A stretch of DNA of 63,205 bases, counting the filler, from Octopus bimaculoides (taxonomy: Eukaryota), in NCBI RefSeq assembly GCF_001194135.2. It is 8 parts of 8 records of this genome, joined end to end, with 100 filler letters (N's around TTAATTAATTAA, not from the genome) between each part and the next. Parts side by side here need not be neighbours in the genome. Positions count along the whole stretch, not along the records: positions 1 to 22,366 come from NC_068981.1; positions 22,467 to 29,508 come from NC_069001.1; 6 more parts are not named here. One strand, given 5' to 3'. Positions 13,221-25,689 of this stretch are shown in pieces. The position numbers were made by a program, and so were the translations under genes. The stretch's first letter is position 1. Each line of letters opens with the position of its first letter. The notes beneath the pieces are model-generated. The model saw only the letters and a list, made by a program, of their open reading frames with translations, had not been told where the DNA came from and searched no databases.

Positions 13221-13699
13221 CCGAACACAGACGAAACCAAGTTGTTACCCTTTCTCAACCATACATCCCATCGTCCGAACCACTCACCTTTCATAGAAAC
13301 CTTTATAAAAAAAATATGCAAAAAATACAAACACAGAAGGGAATAATGGATACAGACTAAAACAGCCATTTACTGATGGGTATTTCTATGGAGAGGAGGC
13401 CCTTAGGGGATTCTAAAGGAATCTGGGATTTAAAACAAAAATAACGACTAAAGCTTCAACAACAACAAAGGCAAAAACAACTGCAATAAAAATGTTAACA
13501 ACAACAACAACAACAATGGTAGCGGCAGCGGTGACAAGACTGGAAAATAATATCTTTCACAAGAACCACAGCAACGGCATCAATAAAAAATTCATTAACA
13601 ACGCAACTGGCTCTCCGTCGGTTGCGACGATATGTGTTCCAGTTGACCCGATCGATGGAACAGTCTGCTTGTGAGTTTAAAGTACAAGTGGCTGAGTAC

Positions 13700-13855
13700 T
13701 CCATAGACACGCATAGCCTTTACGTAGTTCTCAGTGGGATTTGGGATGATGCAGAATGTAACATGGCTGGCCCTTTTTGAATTGCAGGTAAAACGTCTTC
13801 TTGCTGGCTGAGTGGGCTGGACCAACGTGAAGTGAAGTGTCTTGCTTAAGGGAAC
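13700..13855 (-). mobile_element. SINE-like interspersed repeat (third family), 3' part
   Basis: Reverse complement cccttaagcaagacacttcacttcacgttggtccagcccactcagc... resembles a post-tRNA SINE body. Confidence 0.5.
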
Positions 13856-13869
13856 AATAAACAGTGCAA

Positions 13870-14340
<471 letters not shown>

Positions 14341-15175
14341 TGCCTTTGCCCAGCTTCTAACGCTGGAGATGTACTACGGTGTCAGCTGTTCACCATCAGT
14401 GAACTAAAGTAACACCCCTTATTTTTCGAGCACCTTCCGGAGTATTCCAGCGGTTCCAAGCAGTGCTGTTTTCTGCAAGTGTTCCACCCTTATTGCATCC
14501 CCCATTTGTTCCATGTACTTCTCAAAATTGTTACTCACTGTTCTCAGGACTCCGGACAGTTATTGGTACTACTGCTACCATTTTCATGGACCACAACTGC
14601 TTACCCTCCCAAGCTAACCTATCATATCTATCGACTTTTCTTTCTTCCTTATCGCACACCTTGTTGTCAGCTGGGAATGCTATATCTATGATCTAGCATA
14701 ATTTGCTTTCTTTCTCAATTAAGACTATGCCTGGTTTCCTATTCTCTATCTCATGGTCCAACTGAAACATAAAATTCCATAGGATCTTTGCATTATTATT
14801 TTCGATGGTGCCTTCAGGTTAGTGTTCGTATCACTTTTTGCCCATTTTTGCCTTGTTGCAAAGTGTCAATGGACAAGCCTGGCTACATTGTCATGACGTC
14901 TCTTATATTCTTTCTGGGCTACTGGCGTACATTAACTAGTAATACACCATTTTGTCCACAAATTCTGCACTTATCACTTTCTGATGTGTTGCCTATTCTC
15001 TATTTAATGTAATTCATTCTTAGTGCTTGCACTTGGGCAGCACAGATTAGAGCCGCCGTTTCCGGTTTTAAATCACTTTTAGTCATCCACAAACATCTTT
15101 TTTCTCTGTCTGTCTTATCTTCAACATCCCTATGAAATTCTCGATGCATTCTTTTCTTTATCCACCTATTTTCTT
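14341..15175 (-). mobile_element. Dong/R4-clade non-LTR retrotransposon, 3' fragment (zinc knuckle + restriction-like endonuclease)
   Basis: ETAALICAAQVQAL, DKCRICG, YKRRHDNVARLVHW, KPGIVLIEK..IIDIAFPAD, LQKTALLGTAGILRKVLEK*; flanked by (TAA)n. Confidence 0.9.
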
Positions 15176-15206
15176 TTTTTATTTGAAAAACTGAAAATAA
15201 AAATAA

Positions 15207-15257
<51 letters not shown>

Positions 15258-15379
15258 TTGAATTTCTATGATTCTCTTTTCATTTTGAACTCGACAAAGA
15301 CAGGTAAGCTGTCGAAGTAACGTCGAAACAAAATATCTATTGCAATCGCATCGTGCTCTTCGTATTGTCTATTATTATT

Positions 15380-15935
15380 ATTGAGTGAATGAGCAGTGCA
15401 TGCCGTCAAAGTGACACTGGGGCAAAATATACGAAGCCCAATATACCCATCATGACTACCCGTCTGATAAGGGTACACCAGGCACATGCATCACAACCAT
15501 ATGTGCGTGACATGGTGATCTCATATCAAGATAAACAGCGCATGACCTCGCAGGCGGGGCCCAGTTAGAGTTTTCTTCAGGTCGAGTATCCCATCTCGCT
15601 CAAAAGGTCCTTGAATAAAGGTTGTTTAAGGATGTTGAGCAAAACACCCATGTTTCCAAAGGTGAATTATTCAAACCCCAAATAATTCCTCCCAACACAT
15701 GACTATGATGCTCCCCCACTACTTCTGCTCATGATCAGAGATGCACATATCGTCAGCCACCAAGGGACATGCTCCACTGGTTAAGGTCAAACAACTGACA
15801 AGCAAATCTGTGGTATTAAGCAGAATATTTGCTGTAGCCCATCTTTTTATACCAAGACAAAACAATGTTCATGATAACACTTCCAATCAGTTAAGATCAG
15901 ACGTCATGAGAGCTACTACCTGGTACTGCATCCGT
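15380..15935. repeat. Unclassified complex segment between (ATT)n tracts, probably an interspersed repeat
   Basis: Sharp microsatellite boundaries; no protein similarity recognised; classification needs a genome search. Confidence 0.35.
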
Positions 15936-16299
15936 ATTATTATTATACAATGTTATATCCTGTAATACTCGATTTACCAACCCGTTTCATACAAGAAGAT
16001 GAGGAAACTAATAATCACCAGAAAGGCTTATTTTTTTTAGGCAAATGGCTGTTGAGTGGAAGCCATTGAAAAGGCTAAGAGAAACCAAAACTTATTTGAC
16101 AATCTCCAGGACCACTGCAAGGATGATTCGCGTTGCGTTCCGGTATAGATAGGGATTTTAACAATGCATCTCTCTGAAACTTTTCCTTTCTGACAAACAC
16201 TAAACCAGCTTCCATGGTGGGGTGCTGCTTGTCAGACATTGCCTTGGCCAATTCTGGCCGTAATTTCTCTAAGTATCAAAGTATCTATATATGTGTACA

Positions 16300-16654
<355 letters not shown>

Positions 16655-16984
16655 ATAGATAGATATCCAGATTGAAGGACAGAAAGATAGATGTATGAAT
16701 GTAGATAGATGTGTGAGTGTATTCCTGTAGGTATTTGCATTCGATGACTTGATATAAATCTTTGACGAAACACAGATGTAGTATGAAAATTAATTTAAAA
16801 ATCGATATGAACAAAACAGAGATGTATTTGGAGAAAATTCGAGTCGACGTGGAGACAGTTGGAGGAGGCCATTAAAAATATTTTAGTAAATTAGAATAAT
16901 CACCAGGAATATGGCATAATTGGAGAAGATCCGATGTACGAAAGCTAAATAGTTTAGGGAAAATTGTCGGTAATGAACTATTTA

Positions 16985-17036
<52 letters not shown>

Positions 17037-17100
17037 TATGCGCTTGTGTGTGTGTGTATGTTTGTATCAATATATGTATATATGTATATATATATATATA

Positions 17101-17328
17101 CTTCTTTATTGCCCACAGGGGGCTAAACATAGAGGGGACAAACAAGGGCAGACAAGGAATTAAGTCGATTATATCGATCCCAGTGCGTAACTGGTTCTTA
17201 TTTAATCGACCCTGAAAGGATGAACGGCAAAGTCGACCTCGGCGGAATTTGAACTCAGAACGTAACGGCAGACGAATTACCGCTAAGCATTTCGCCCGGC
17301 CTGCTAACGATTCTGCCAGCTCGCCGCC
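17101..17328 (-). mobile_element. CORE-type SINE, full length
   Basis: ggcggcgagctggcagaatcgttagc head on the minus strand; same tail as 1979-2203. Confidence 0.92.
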
Positions 17329-17350
17329 ATATATATTTATATAACACACG

Positions 17351-18340
17351 TATAAGAGAGATGACCACTAAGTGGACATCCGATATGCTAGATGTAGACC
17401 CTATATGGTTTGACCACTGAGAAACGATTGCTCTCAAGAAAATCCAGCAAACGCCAGAACATAAGCAACCGAGACAAATGAAAAGATACAAAATATAAAG
17501 ATTAGTCACAAACCAGGTTTCATTGGTACCACTTACATAATTACATACGTAAATGTCCGCAATTCATCAGTGTGACCTTCATAGCAAAATACACGAGACG
17601 TCGATACGAGATTGAACATGCATATAGTTTTGCCAATTATAATTGGGGGTATATTTCAAATGACTTCGTTTTGGCGCCAAAAACCAGAAATATTTCTGCA
17701 GAAAATAATTTTCTGCAGTTAATCCTGCCGGTTAGAGGACATAGTTATTTAAATCTAAAAATAGGGGTAAAAAATAGAATATTAATTAGATTAATATCAA
17801 TTTAAACCAGTGGCCTAGCATATTGAAAAAAATCTGAAAATTCAGAAAAATTATATTACATACATATATATTATTTCCGGTTTTTGGCTCGCCAAAACGA
17901 AGACATTTGAAATATAACCGCAATTATAATTGGTAAAACTCTATGCATGTTCTATCTCATATGGACGTCTCGCGTATAGTTCTGCAAATTACATTTTGCT
18001 ATGAAGGTCACACTGGTGAATTGCGAACATTTACGTATGTAATTATGTAAGTGGTAACAATGAAACCTGGTATGTGACTAATCATTATATTTTGTATCTT
18101 TTCATTTGTCTTGCTCGCTTACGTACTGGCGTTTGCTGAATTTTCTTGAGAACAATCTTTTCTTAGTGGTCAGACCATATAGGGTCTACATCTAGCATAT
18201 CGGATGTCCACTTAGTGGTCATCCCTCTTATATGTATGTAATATAATTTTTCTGAATCTTCAGATTTTTTCAATATGCTAGGCCACTGTTTTTAAATTGA
18301 TATCAATCAAATTAATGTTCAACTTTTTACCGTTATTTTA
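17351..18340. repeat. Interleaved inverted repeat A-spacer-B-A'-B'
   Basis: A 17351-17692 vs A' 17872-18232; B 17756-17870 vs B' 18229-18340. Confidence 0.9.
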
Positions 18341-18526
18341 AAATTTATATATATATATATATATATATACATACATACACATGCATATACACATACAAAC
18401 ATACACATGCACACACACACTCACACACGCACACACGCGCGCGTGCTTGCACACACACACACACACGCACACACATACACACACACATACGCACATGCAC
18501 GCACACACAAACATATATGTATACAT

Positions 18527-18690
18527 TCCTTTTTTTCTTTTACTTGTTTGAGCCACTGGAGTGCAGTCGAAAAAATTGAAGCCAGTAGATAACTTTAAGT
18601 GAGCCATATAGTTATTTTATCGATCATTTAGCTGAATAGCTAAGTTGCAGAGACGTACACAAGCCAACCCCGCTTGTTAAACGGTGGGGA
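18527..18690 (-). mobile_element. Composite SINE, second module, degenerate
   Basis: tacttgtttgagccact...gctaagttgcagagacgtacacaagccaac. Confidence 0.6.
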
Positions 18691-20196
18691 GATGCACTTA
18701 CATGTATGTGTATATATATATATGTGTGTGTGTATATATATATATGTGTGTGTGTGTGCGCGCGCGCGCATGTATGTATTTATGTGAGCTAAGAGTGACA
18801 TAGAAACACGGACAATTTATTAGATTGCTGATGTACAACCATTATCATCAGCAAGAGTAATGGTGCTCAAACGTCTGAGAATAGAAAAGTCGCTTTGTGT
18901 AATACTGTCCCAGATGTCTCTAGTCTTTATATAAAACGGAATGGTCACCGTTTGAACGCCATTAGGTTACATGTCTGCTAGGTCCAGCTGAGCCTGCGGT
19001 GAACAACAATAACAGTGACCAGCAGTTGATTTGCGTTTTCACACTATCGAATATCAACAAGTATTTCTTTAACTTCATTTCCAATACTGCAACCACAACA
19101 AATAAGCCATTTTACCCATAATGCACATTAACAATAAGGTTTCTCTCGCTAGTATAACTTGGTATATTTTCTATTTAGTTCTGATGTTCTTAACCAACCG
19201 ATGAACCTCACAGCAACGCCTCATTATTTTCTATACATTATGCCTCAGAACAGTCTTGGGCCCAATTAAAAACGGATCTATATTCTTAATAGAGAATGCA
19301 TATTTTATTGTGAAGGTAAGCGAATACTAACTATAAGAAGTGGAAATCAAATGAATAAACGAAACATTTGTACGTAAAATTTGCCCACCCTTTAACTAAG
19401 TTTGTAATTACAGTTGGATTGCCAACATAGTTGGTCAATTGTGTACGGCTGTACTCCAGATGGTAAGCACTTAGAGAGAGGAAATTTAATGTCGATACTC
19501 AAGATAAACATCTCACATCATGTTAGAAATCTCTAGCTTTAAGTGCTTTTAAATACTCTCGTGGCGCCGAAGTAATATTTTCCCTTCAAATTTAAGTGTG
19601 CAAAAGAAAGTGACGGACTTAGGGTAATGATGATGGGTGGAGGACAAGGACTAATGGACCGTGAACAGGAGAAAAAATATAATAAATAACCGAGAAGCAA
19701 CTTAGTTCATTTGACATATAAAAACTGACTGACCTCTGGTATGACCTATCCAAGTTTACATTAAACAGAATTTTTTACATTAGAATTAATCTAACATAAT
19801 TACTTGGTTATAGTCGGCTGCATTTAGAGTGCCTTAGATACTTCATATTTTGGTAAGAAACATGTTCACTTCTTCGCGTGACATTGAAGAATGTAGTGAG
19901 GCGATGTTGCGACTTCTCGAAATACGGAATATGTCAAACACAAACCTTGACACTTATAAATTTGTAGATAAAACACAAAACAGAACTGTAGCCTTTATTT
20001 CGGATGTCAGCCTGACATTTGGATGTGAAAACGTGGCTATTAATTGAACTATGATTAAGTAATCTAAATGGGTTTGGTATTTGTAAGTATGGCTTTGGTG
20101 CTGATGGTTCGTGTTAGAAATGAAATGAAAGCCCACGATGCAGTTTCTAATCATAATCGTCACTTTTTCATCTTACCAACGTAAATAAATTCGAGA

Positions 20197-20380
20197 AAGG
20201 CGGCGAGCTGGTAGAGCCGACTAAAATGCTTAACAGCATTTCGTCCTTTTTAAAGTTCTTAGTTCCAATGCTGCTGAGGTTGACTTTGTCTTTCATACTT
20301 TTGGGATCGATAAAATAAGTCCCAGTTGATGCAATCGATTTATCCTCCCCGGAAATTGCTAGCCTTGTGTCACATTCGAG
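20197..20380 (+). mobile_element. Degenerate CORE-type SINE
   Basis: aaggcggcgagctgg...gaggttgactttg...gatcgataaaataagt. Confidence 0.75.
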
Positions 20381-20518
20381 AATGTAATTAATATCTCACC
20401 ATATTCCACTTTTCTGTAAATATGGTCCAACTGAAAAGATGCTGACAGGAATCAGATTCTCGATATGGCGATTCTCGATTCTGATGGAGTTACCAATTCA
20501 TATAACGGCATTGCTTAA

Positions 20519-21008
20519 AGCCAAATGCAGAATACAAGTATAAAACCTGTGAAATTATAGAACACTTATTTTCTTTTTCTCTGGTGGTTAGCGTCACGGC
20601 TTATAAAAAAGGATTTTATTTTCTTAGCTTTTGCAAGATTTCCGAGGCTGTTAACTTGGTGTTGGGCAACTACAAGTTATTTTTTGCGGGTAAAACGTGT
20701 AATTTCGCGCACTCGCGGGTGTGTGCGCAGAAACAGATGTTTGCGTATTTGGCGGGGATATCCACGGGGTCTATTCTGAATATTTCCAGCTCTGTGAGAT
20801 CACCCAGTAGCCCAGTCTTGATGTCGAATAGAGTGACATCTTAGCGTTACACAAGATGAAGGCAGTCGTCAGCTTAATTATTCTAAATTTCCTAAACAAC
20901 GTCATTAAAGCTTCTTGCATAAATGTTTCGGTGACACGGAAAGTAATCTTATGATGTCGAGTTAACGACAGTAATCACATATTGATTTCCTGGCTCATTG
21001 GTAGAGAA

Positions 21009-21045
<37 letters not shown>

Positions 21046-21050
21046 CGCGC

Positions 21051-21081
<31 letters not shown>

Positions 21082-21816
21082 TGTGTGTATTTTTTCGTCC
21101 TTGTTTTCGTATACGTTCGCTGCTTTCTTCCAAGGAATCTAGTGCTCTTAGCTTAGTTTTTCCTTGGGGCTGGCCAGATTGGAGCAATCTCGAGTATAAC
21201 CAGCCGAAACTGCTGAGAAGATCCGGAACTCGACCGAAGATAGAAAATTCCGAATGACCCATCCTTCCTTTTTTCTTGTTCCTTTTTGTATCGTCTAACT
21301 GTTTGGATGTATTGTTGTCGCCTTTTGCCTTCTTGTTCCATTTTTTGTATTCTTTTACACATATATATATATGCATACCTTTTATTCCTTCACTTGTTTC
21401 AATCATTTGACTGCGGCCATACTGGATCATCGCCTTAAAAGGATTTTTAGTCGAATAAATTGGCCTCAAGACTTATTTTTTGTAAGCCTAGTACTTATTC
21501 TATCTGTTTCCATGGCCGAACCGTCAAGTTACGGGGACGTAAACACACCAAAATCGGTTGTCAAACGATGGTGGCTGGACAAACACACACGTACAAAAAC
21601 ACACGTACACAAACACACGTACACAAACACACACACGCACGCACACACACGTACACAAACACACGCACGCACGCACATACACGCACACACAACCTTGGAA
21701 ATCTTGCAAAAGCTAAGAAAAAAAAATCTTCTTTTAAGCTGTGACGCTAACCACCAGAGAAAAAAAAATGTGTTCTATAATTTCACAGGTTTTATACTTT
21801 GACTCTGTATTTGTCT
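20519..21816. mobile_element. Non-autonomous DNA element with about 125-bp TIRs and TTAA flanks (Kolobok-like termini)
   Basis: TTAA|AGCCAAATGCAG... and ...GTATTTGTCT|TTAA; arms 20519-20647 and 21693-21816. Confidence 0.6.
21380..21590 (-). mobile_element. Composite SINE second module nested in the TIR element
   Basis: cacttgtttcaatcatttgactgcggcc...gttacggggacgtaaacacacc. Confidence 0.75.
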
Positions 21817-21861
21817 TTAAGAAATGTCACAAACACACACACACACACACATATATACGAC

Positions 21862-21894
<33 letters not shown>

Positions 21895-21900
21895 ATATAT

Positions 21901-22264
21901 ATCATAAATACAGGGATTAGCATGAGTTGCTTCTCCAACATACTGAAAATTTAGAAATAGCAGTCAAAGAACTACTGATTCCAAACTACAAATTTTTTCT
22001 CTAACGGATGGCGATATTTATGGCACACACAGAACAAAAAACAGAAGAGAAAAGCAAAAACAAACCTGCCTTTAGTTAATTGGGTACGACGTTTCACGGT
22101 CAAGGGTATGAAGTTACCCTATTCCGATCTTCAGCCTCAATATTCTAATAAATTTGAAAGTGTCTAATAAAACTCTCGTGAATTTTGACCATGCGACATC
22201 AAGACCACGTGAGACAGGCCAGTATGGTGGAGAAGCAACTCATGCTAATCCCTGTATTTATGAT
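21901..22264. mobile_element. Fold-back insertion next to (TA)n with an internal degenerate hammerhead-like core
   Basis: 45-bp inverted arms 21901-21945 / 22220-22264; minus strand CTGAAGA..CGG..CCG.GAAACGTC at 22088-22134. Confidence 0.6.
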
Positions 22265-22410
22265 TATAAATGGTTTTACCGATAAAGGTTTTTTCATACT
22301 GAACTACTTGGCTAAATTGTTAATTATTAATTTTATTACTAATTGACGATTCCCTGCCCTATATCTNNNNNNNNNNNNNNNNNNNNNNNNNNNNNNNNNN
22401 NNNNNNNNNN

Positions 22411-22422
22411 TTAATTAATTAA
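22411..22422. other. Artificial scaffold linker TTAATTAATTAA inside a 100-bp N join (also at 29553, 46904, 55028, 57746, 59269, 61016)
   Basis: Identical 12-mer with 44 N on each side at seven sites; stop codons in all six frames. Confidence 0.95.
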
Positions 22423-22466
22423 NNNNNNNNNNNNNNNNNNNNNNNNNNNNNNNNNNNNNNNNNNNN

Positions 22467-23103
22467 TTGAGTGGAAGAATGTTATCGGATGAGTCATCCT
22501 TTACCTTATTTCCGATCACCGGCCGAGTTTACCTGTGGAGACAGCCAAAAGAAGCATTTGACCCAGACTGCCTTCTTCCAACTGTTAAATATGGAGGAGG
22601 ATCTGTGATGATCTGGGGGGCTATATCTTGGAAATCCGCCGGCCCAATGGTTTCCCTTCATGGCAGAATTAATAGTCAAGACTATTTAAGCATTTTATCT
22701 GATCAAATTCATCCTATGGTTGCAGAACTGTTTCTGGAGGGAAACGCAATCTTTCAGGATGATAATGCACCAATTCACACAGCTAAAGTTGTTACTGAAT
22801 GGCACAATGAACATTCTAGTGAAGTTGAACATCTTATCTGACCACCACGGTCCTCAGATCTCAATATTATTGAATATTTATGGTGCATTTAAGAAAAACA
22901 AGTAAGGAGTCGATATCCCACTACAAGAACTGGAGACTGTTTTAGCTGAAGAATGGATAAAAATTCCTTTGGAAACAATTCAAACTTTGTACGAGTCCAC
23001 ACTTCATAGAATTCAAGCTGTAATTACTGCCAAAGGTGGTCCTACCCCATATTAAAATAAATTTGAAATTTTAAGGTGTTTCCATTATTTTGTCTAACCC
23101 CTG
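22467..23103 (+). mobile_element. Tc1 (DD34E) transposon, 3' half
   Basis: SDESSF, PTVKYGGGSVMIWG, FQDDNAPIH, DLNIIE, AKGGPTPY*; right TIR ...tgtctaacccctg + TA. Confidence 0.93.
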
Positions 23104-23436
23104 TAGATATGCATGTCGTTTTATGTGTTCGTTTGCAAGCTGATCGAAGTATCTAACATTTTTTGATACTTTTTAGGAACGCCAACTTCCAAATCATCTT
23201 ACACTTTCTCTCTATTTATTTTTCTCTTTCTTTTTTATTTCTTGCACTTCTTTTTTTTCCTTACCTCTTTTTCTTTCTCACACCACTTATGATTTTCTGA
23301 TTTTCTTTTCGGTTTCTTTATCTAGCTTGTAACAGGTAAGTTGTATATTTGAAATATACACGGAGAAATATTATGTGCGTATATGTATGTATCTGGATAC
23401 CTATATTTGCATTTGTATATATTTATGTTTTGCCTG

Positions 23437-24030
23437 GGATCTTTTTTAAAACGGGGGCCACATTTTTCATTAACGAAACACTTTGAAACTTGGAACACTG
23501 GTAGAATGTGTCATATAAAACATCTTTTTCTCTTAGTCTTCTTAAAAAAAAAAAGAAATCCCTAAGTTATTCCATGTTAAAGTTGTCGTATTTCTGTAAT
23601 TTCAACCAATCACTGACGTCCATTCAACCGATATACATTAAGTGCCGACTACAAACGATTCTGAAACAATTCTATCGGTGATAGGGTTAGGGTTAGGGTA
23701 AAACAGCAAATTTAAAAAGAAAAAAGCAAATAAAACGAACAAAAAAAAAAGAAAATGAAAAAAGCAAATTTAAAATGAAAAAAGCAAATAAAACGAAGCT
23801 ATGGATTAATCAGCCAAAGGAGTAAATATAAACAACTGAATACTTGTCAGTGATTGGTTGAAATTATCGAAATAAGACAACTTTTTACATGAAATAAATT
23901 CGAATACAAAAATATTTTTCTGTTCTATAACACAAAATAGATAAGTATACGAAGTTTGAAAGTCTTTCGGTACCAAAAACACTACGTAAAACATTAATGA
24001 AAAATGTGGCCCCCGTTTTAAAAAAGATCC
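23437..24030. mobile_element. Merlin-like MITE with 8-bp TSD
   Basis: TIR ggatcttttttaaaacgggggccacatttttcattaa; perfect TSD TTTGCCTG (23429-23436, 24031-24038); internal inverted segments; tagggttagggttaggg at 23682-23699. Confidence 0.85.
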
Positions 24031-24628
24031 TTTGCCTGTATTTGTTTATATAGGTATGTAGCCATGTACCAACGCTTGTATATTTAGTGTATATATGTAT
24101 ATATAGTTTTATTGGTATGTGTATGTACTACTAATTGTATATGTATTTTATGATGTTAGTTCTTTGTAAATGTTTTTCTAAATTTATCATCTTTCACCAT
24201 TAATTATTTACCCTACGTATACAGGTCTTTTTTCCTTCTACTAAAGCTAATTTTTGATTTAAGGTCATCTTCGATTTTTATAATAATATGAGTTTAAACC
24301 GTAATTGTAATTTCATATGACTGGTTACTGAAAAGACCGTTCAAAGGACCAATGAAACAAAACCATTTTCAAATGTGTATCTATCAAGATAATTGTTTAT
24401 TTATGCATATAACCTTCTTTTTGTTCCATTCTAAACCAAAACTGTCCGACGAACGGGAACGTGAAACAGTTTTTGTGAATGTCTTTGCAGCTTTATTAAT
24501 GAAGCATCTATTACTCTACCTCTGGTATTTGAGTACTATTTTTCCACCTTGTTTCGCATTTATATGCTTACTCTGGTGTAATATATATATGTGTGTGTGT
24601 GTATGTGTTTATGTGAATAAATAAAGTG

Positions 24629-24662
<34 letters not shown>

Positions 24663-24665
<3 letters not shown>

Positions 24666-25541
24666 TGTGCAGTGAATATATTGTCATCTAAATTATGCAA
24701 AAATGAAAATAACACTGACATCTCATTTTAACAGATATATTTACCAAAATTACATAAAAATATCTTGAAATATTAAAGAGTAAATTTATTCGATAAAATC
24801 GCTATTGGCTTCAACCATGGCCTCCAAACGACTTTGGAATCTCCTGCAACTCTTCTAGACAGTCTCCTTGTTTAAGTTGGTGAATGCTGCCACAATCCTT
24901 GCCTTCAGTTCATCTTTGGTGTTACAAGGACTTTTGTTAGTCTCTCGCTCAACTGCACCCCATACATAATAATCAAGGGGGCCACAGTGTCGGGAGTTAG
25001 ATAGCCAGATGTATGGGGTGATGTGTTCGCAGAAATTGTCTGATAGGCATGACTGGATTCTCCTGCTTGTGTGACATGGTGCAGAGTCCTGTTACCAGAC
25101 ACAGGCCTTCCAACAGCCACCCTCTTCACACAAGGCAGCACTACCTTCTCCAAACAGTTGATGTAAGCGTCCGTGTTGTGTTTGAGGCCGTGTGGGAAGA
25201 TGAATGGAGGGATAACATCGCCATCTCTAGTGATCACTCCAAACATCATTATGTTGACTGGATGTTTGATTTTTATCACTCTCGGTACATGTCCTCAGAT
25301 TGCACTGTCCCCAGATTGACACCCAAACACTCTGAAATGTTCGTATTGGCGCGAATGCAAAGCAGCAACGCATGTCGTTTCCAAATTTCTGGCAGAGTGA
25401 ATTGTGTCATGGTGCTGTTTTCTTCACAGATGGTGCCTAACTGACCTTACTATAATATGTAGTCGACAAAATCAAAAACAAACAATGCGCGTTCACGAAA
25501 TTAAAAATATAAAATGGTGACAATTTACCCATCGCACCCTG
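24663..25541 (-). mobile_element. Internally deleted maT/DD37D transposon
   Basis: KHPVNIMMFGVITRDGDVIPPFIF; QDSAPCH...GPLDYYVWG with 37 residues between the two Asp; TIR cagggtgcgatgggtaaattgtcacc + TA. Confidence 0.9.
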
Positions 25542-25689
25542 TATATATATACACACACGTATATGCTTCTTACATACATTTAAGTATTTTTAAAGCCATA
25601 GATAAATATATACAATATAATAAAGAAAAATTAAAGTAAAATAAACAGATTGTATCAATAGAGTTTTAGATATTAATTGTTCTTAGAAA

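Noticed and set aside
19179-19315. AG...GTAAG-bounded 137-nt exon-like segment on the plus strand
   Set aside because: Stops in all three frames and no supporting neighbouring exons or promoter.
20400-20546. 147-nt exon-like segment on the minus strand
   Set aside because: Stops in all frames; the acceptor is part of a transposon TIR.
21160-21225. ggctgg...ccagccGAAAC stem
   Set aside because: Upstream CUGANGA is absent; at best an unrecognisable relic.
23682-23699. Interstitial telomere
   Set aside because: Only about three units, and internal to a MITE.
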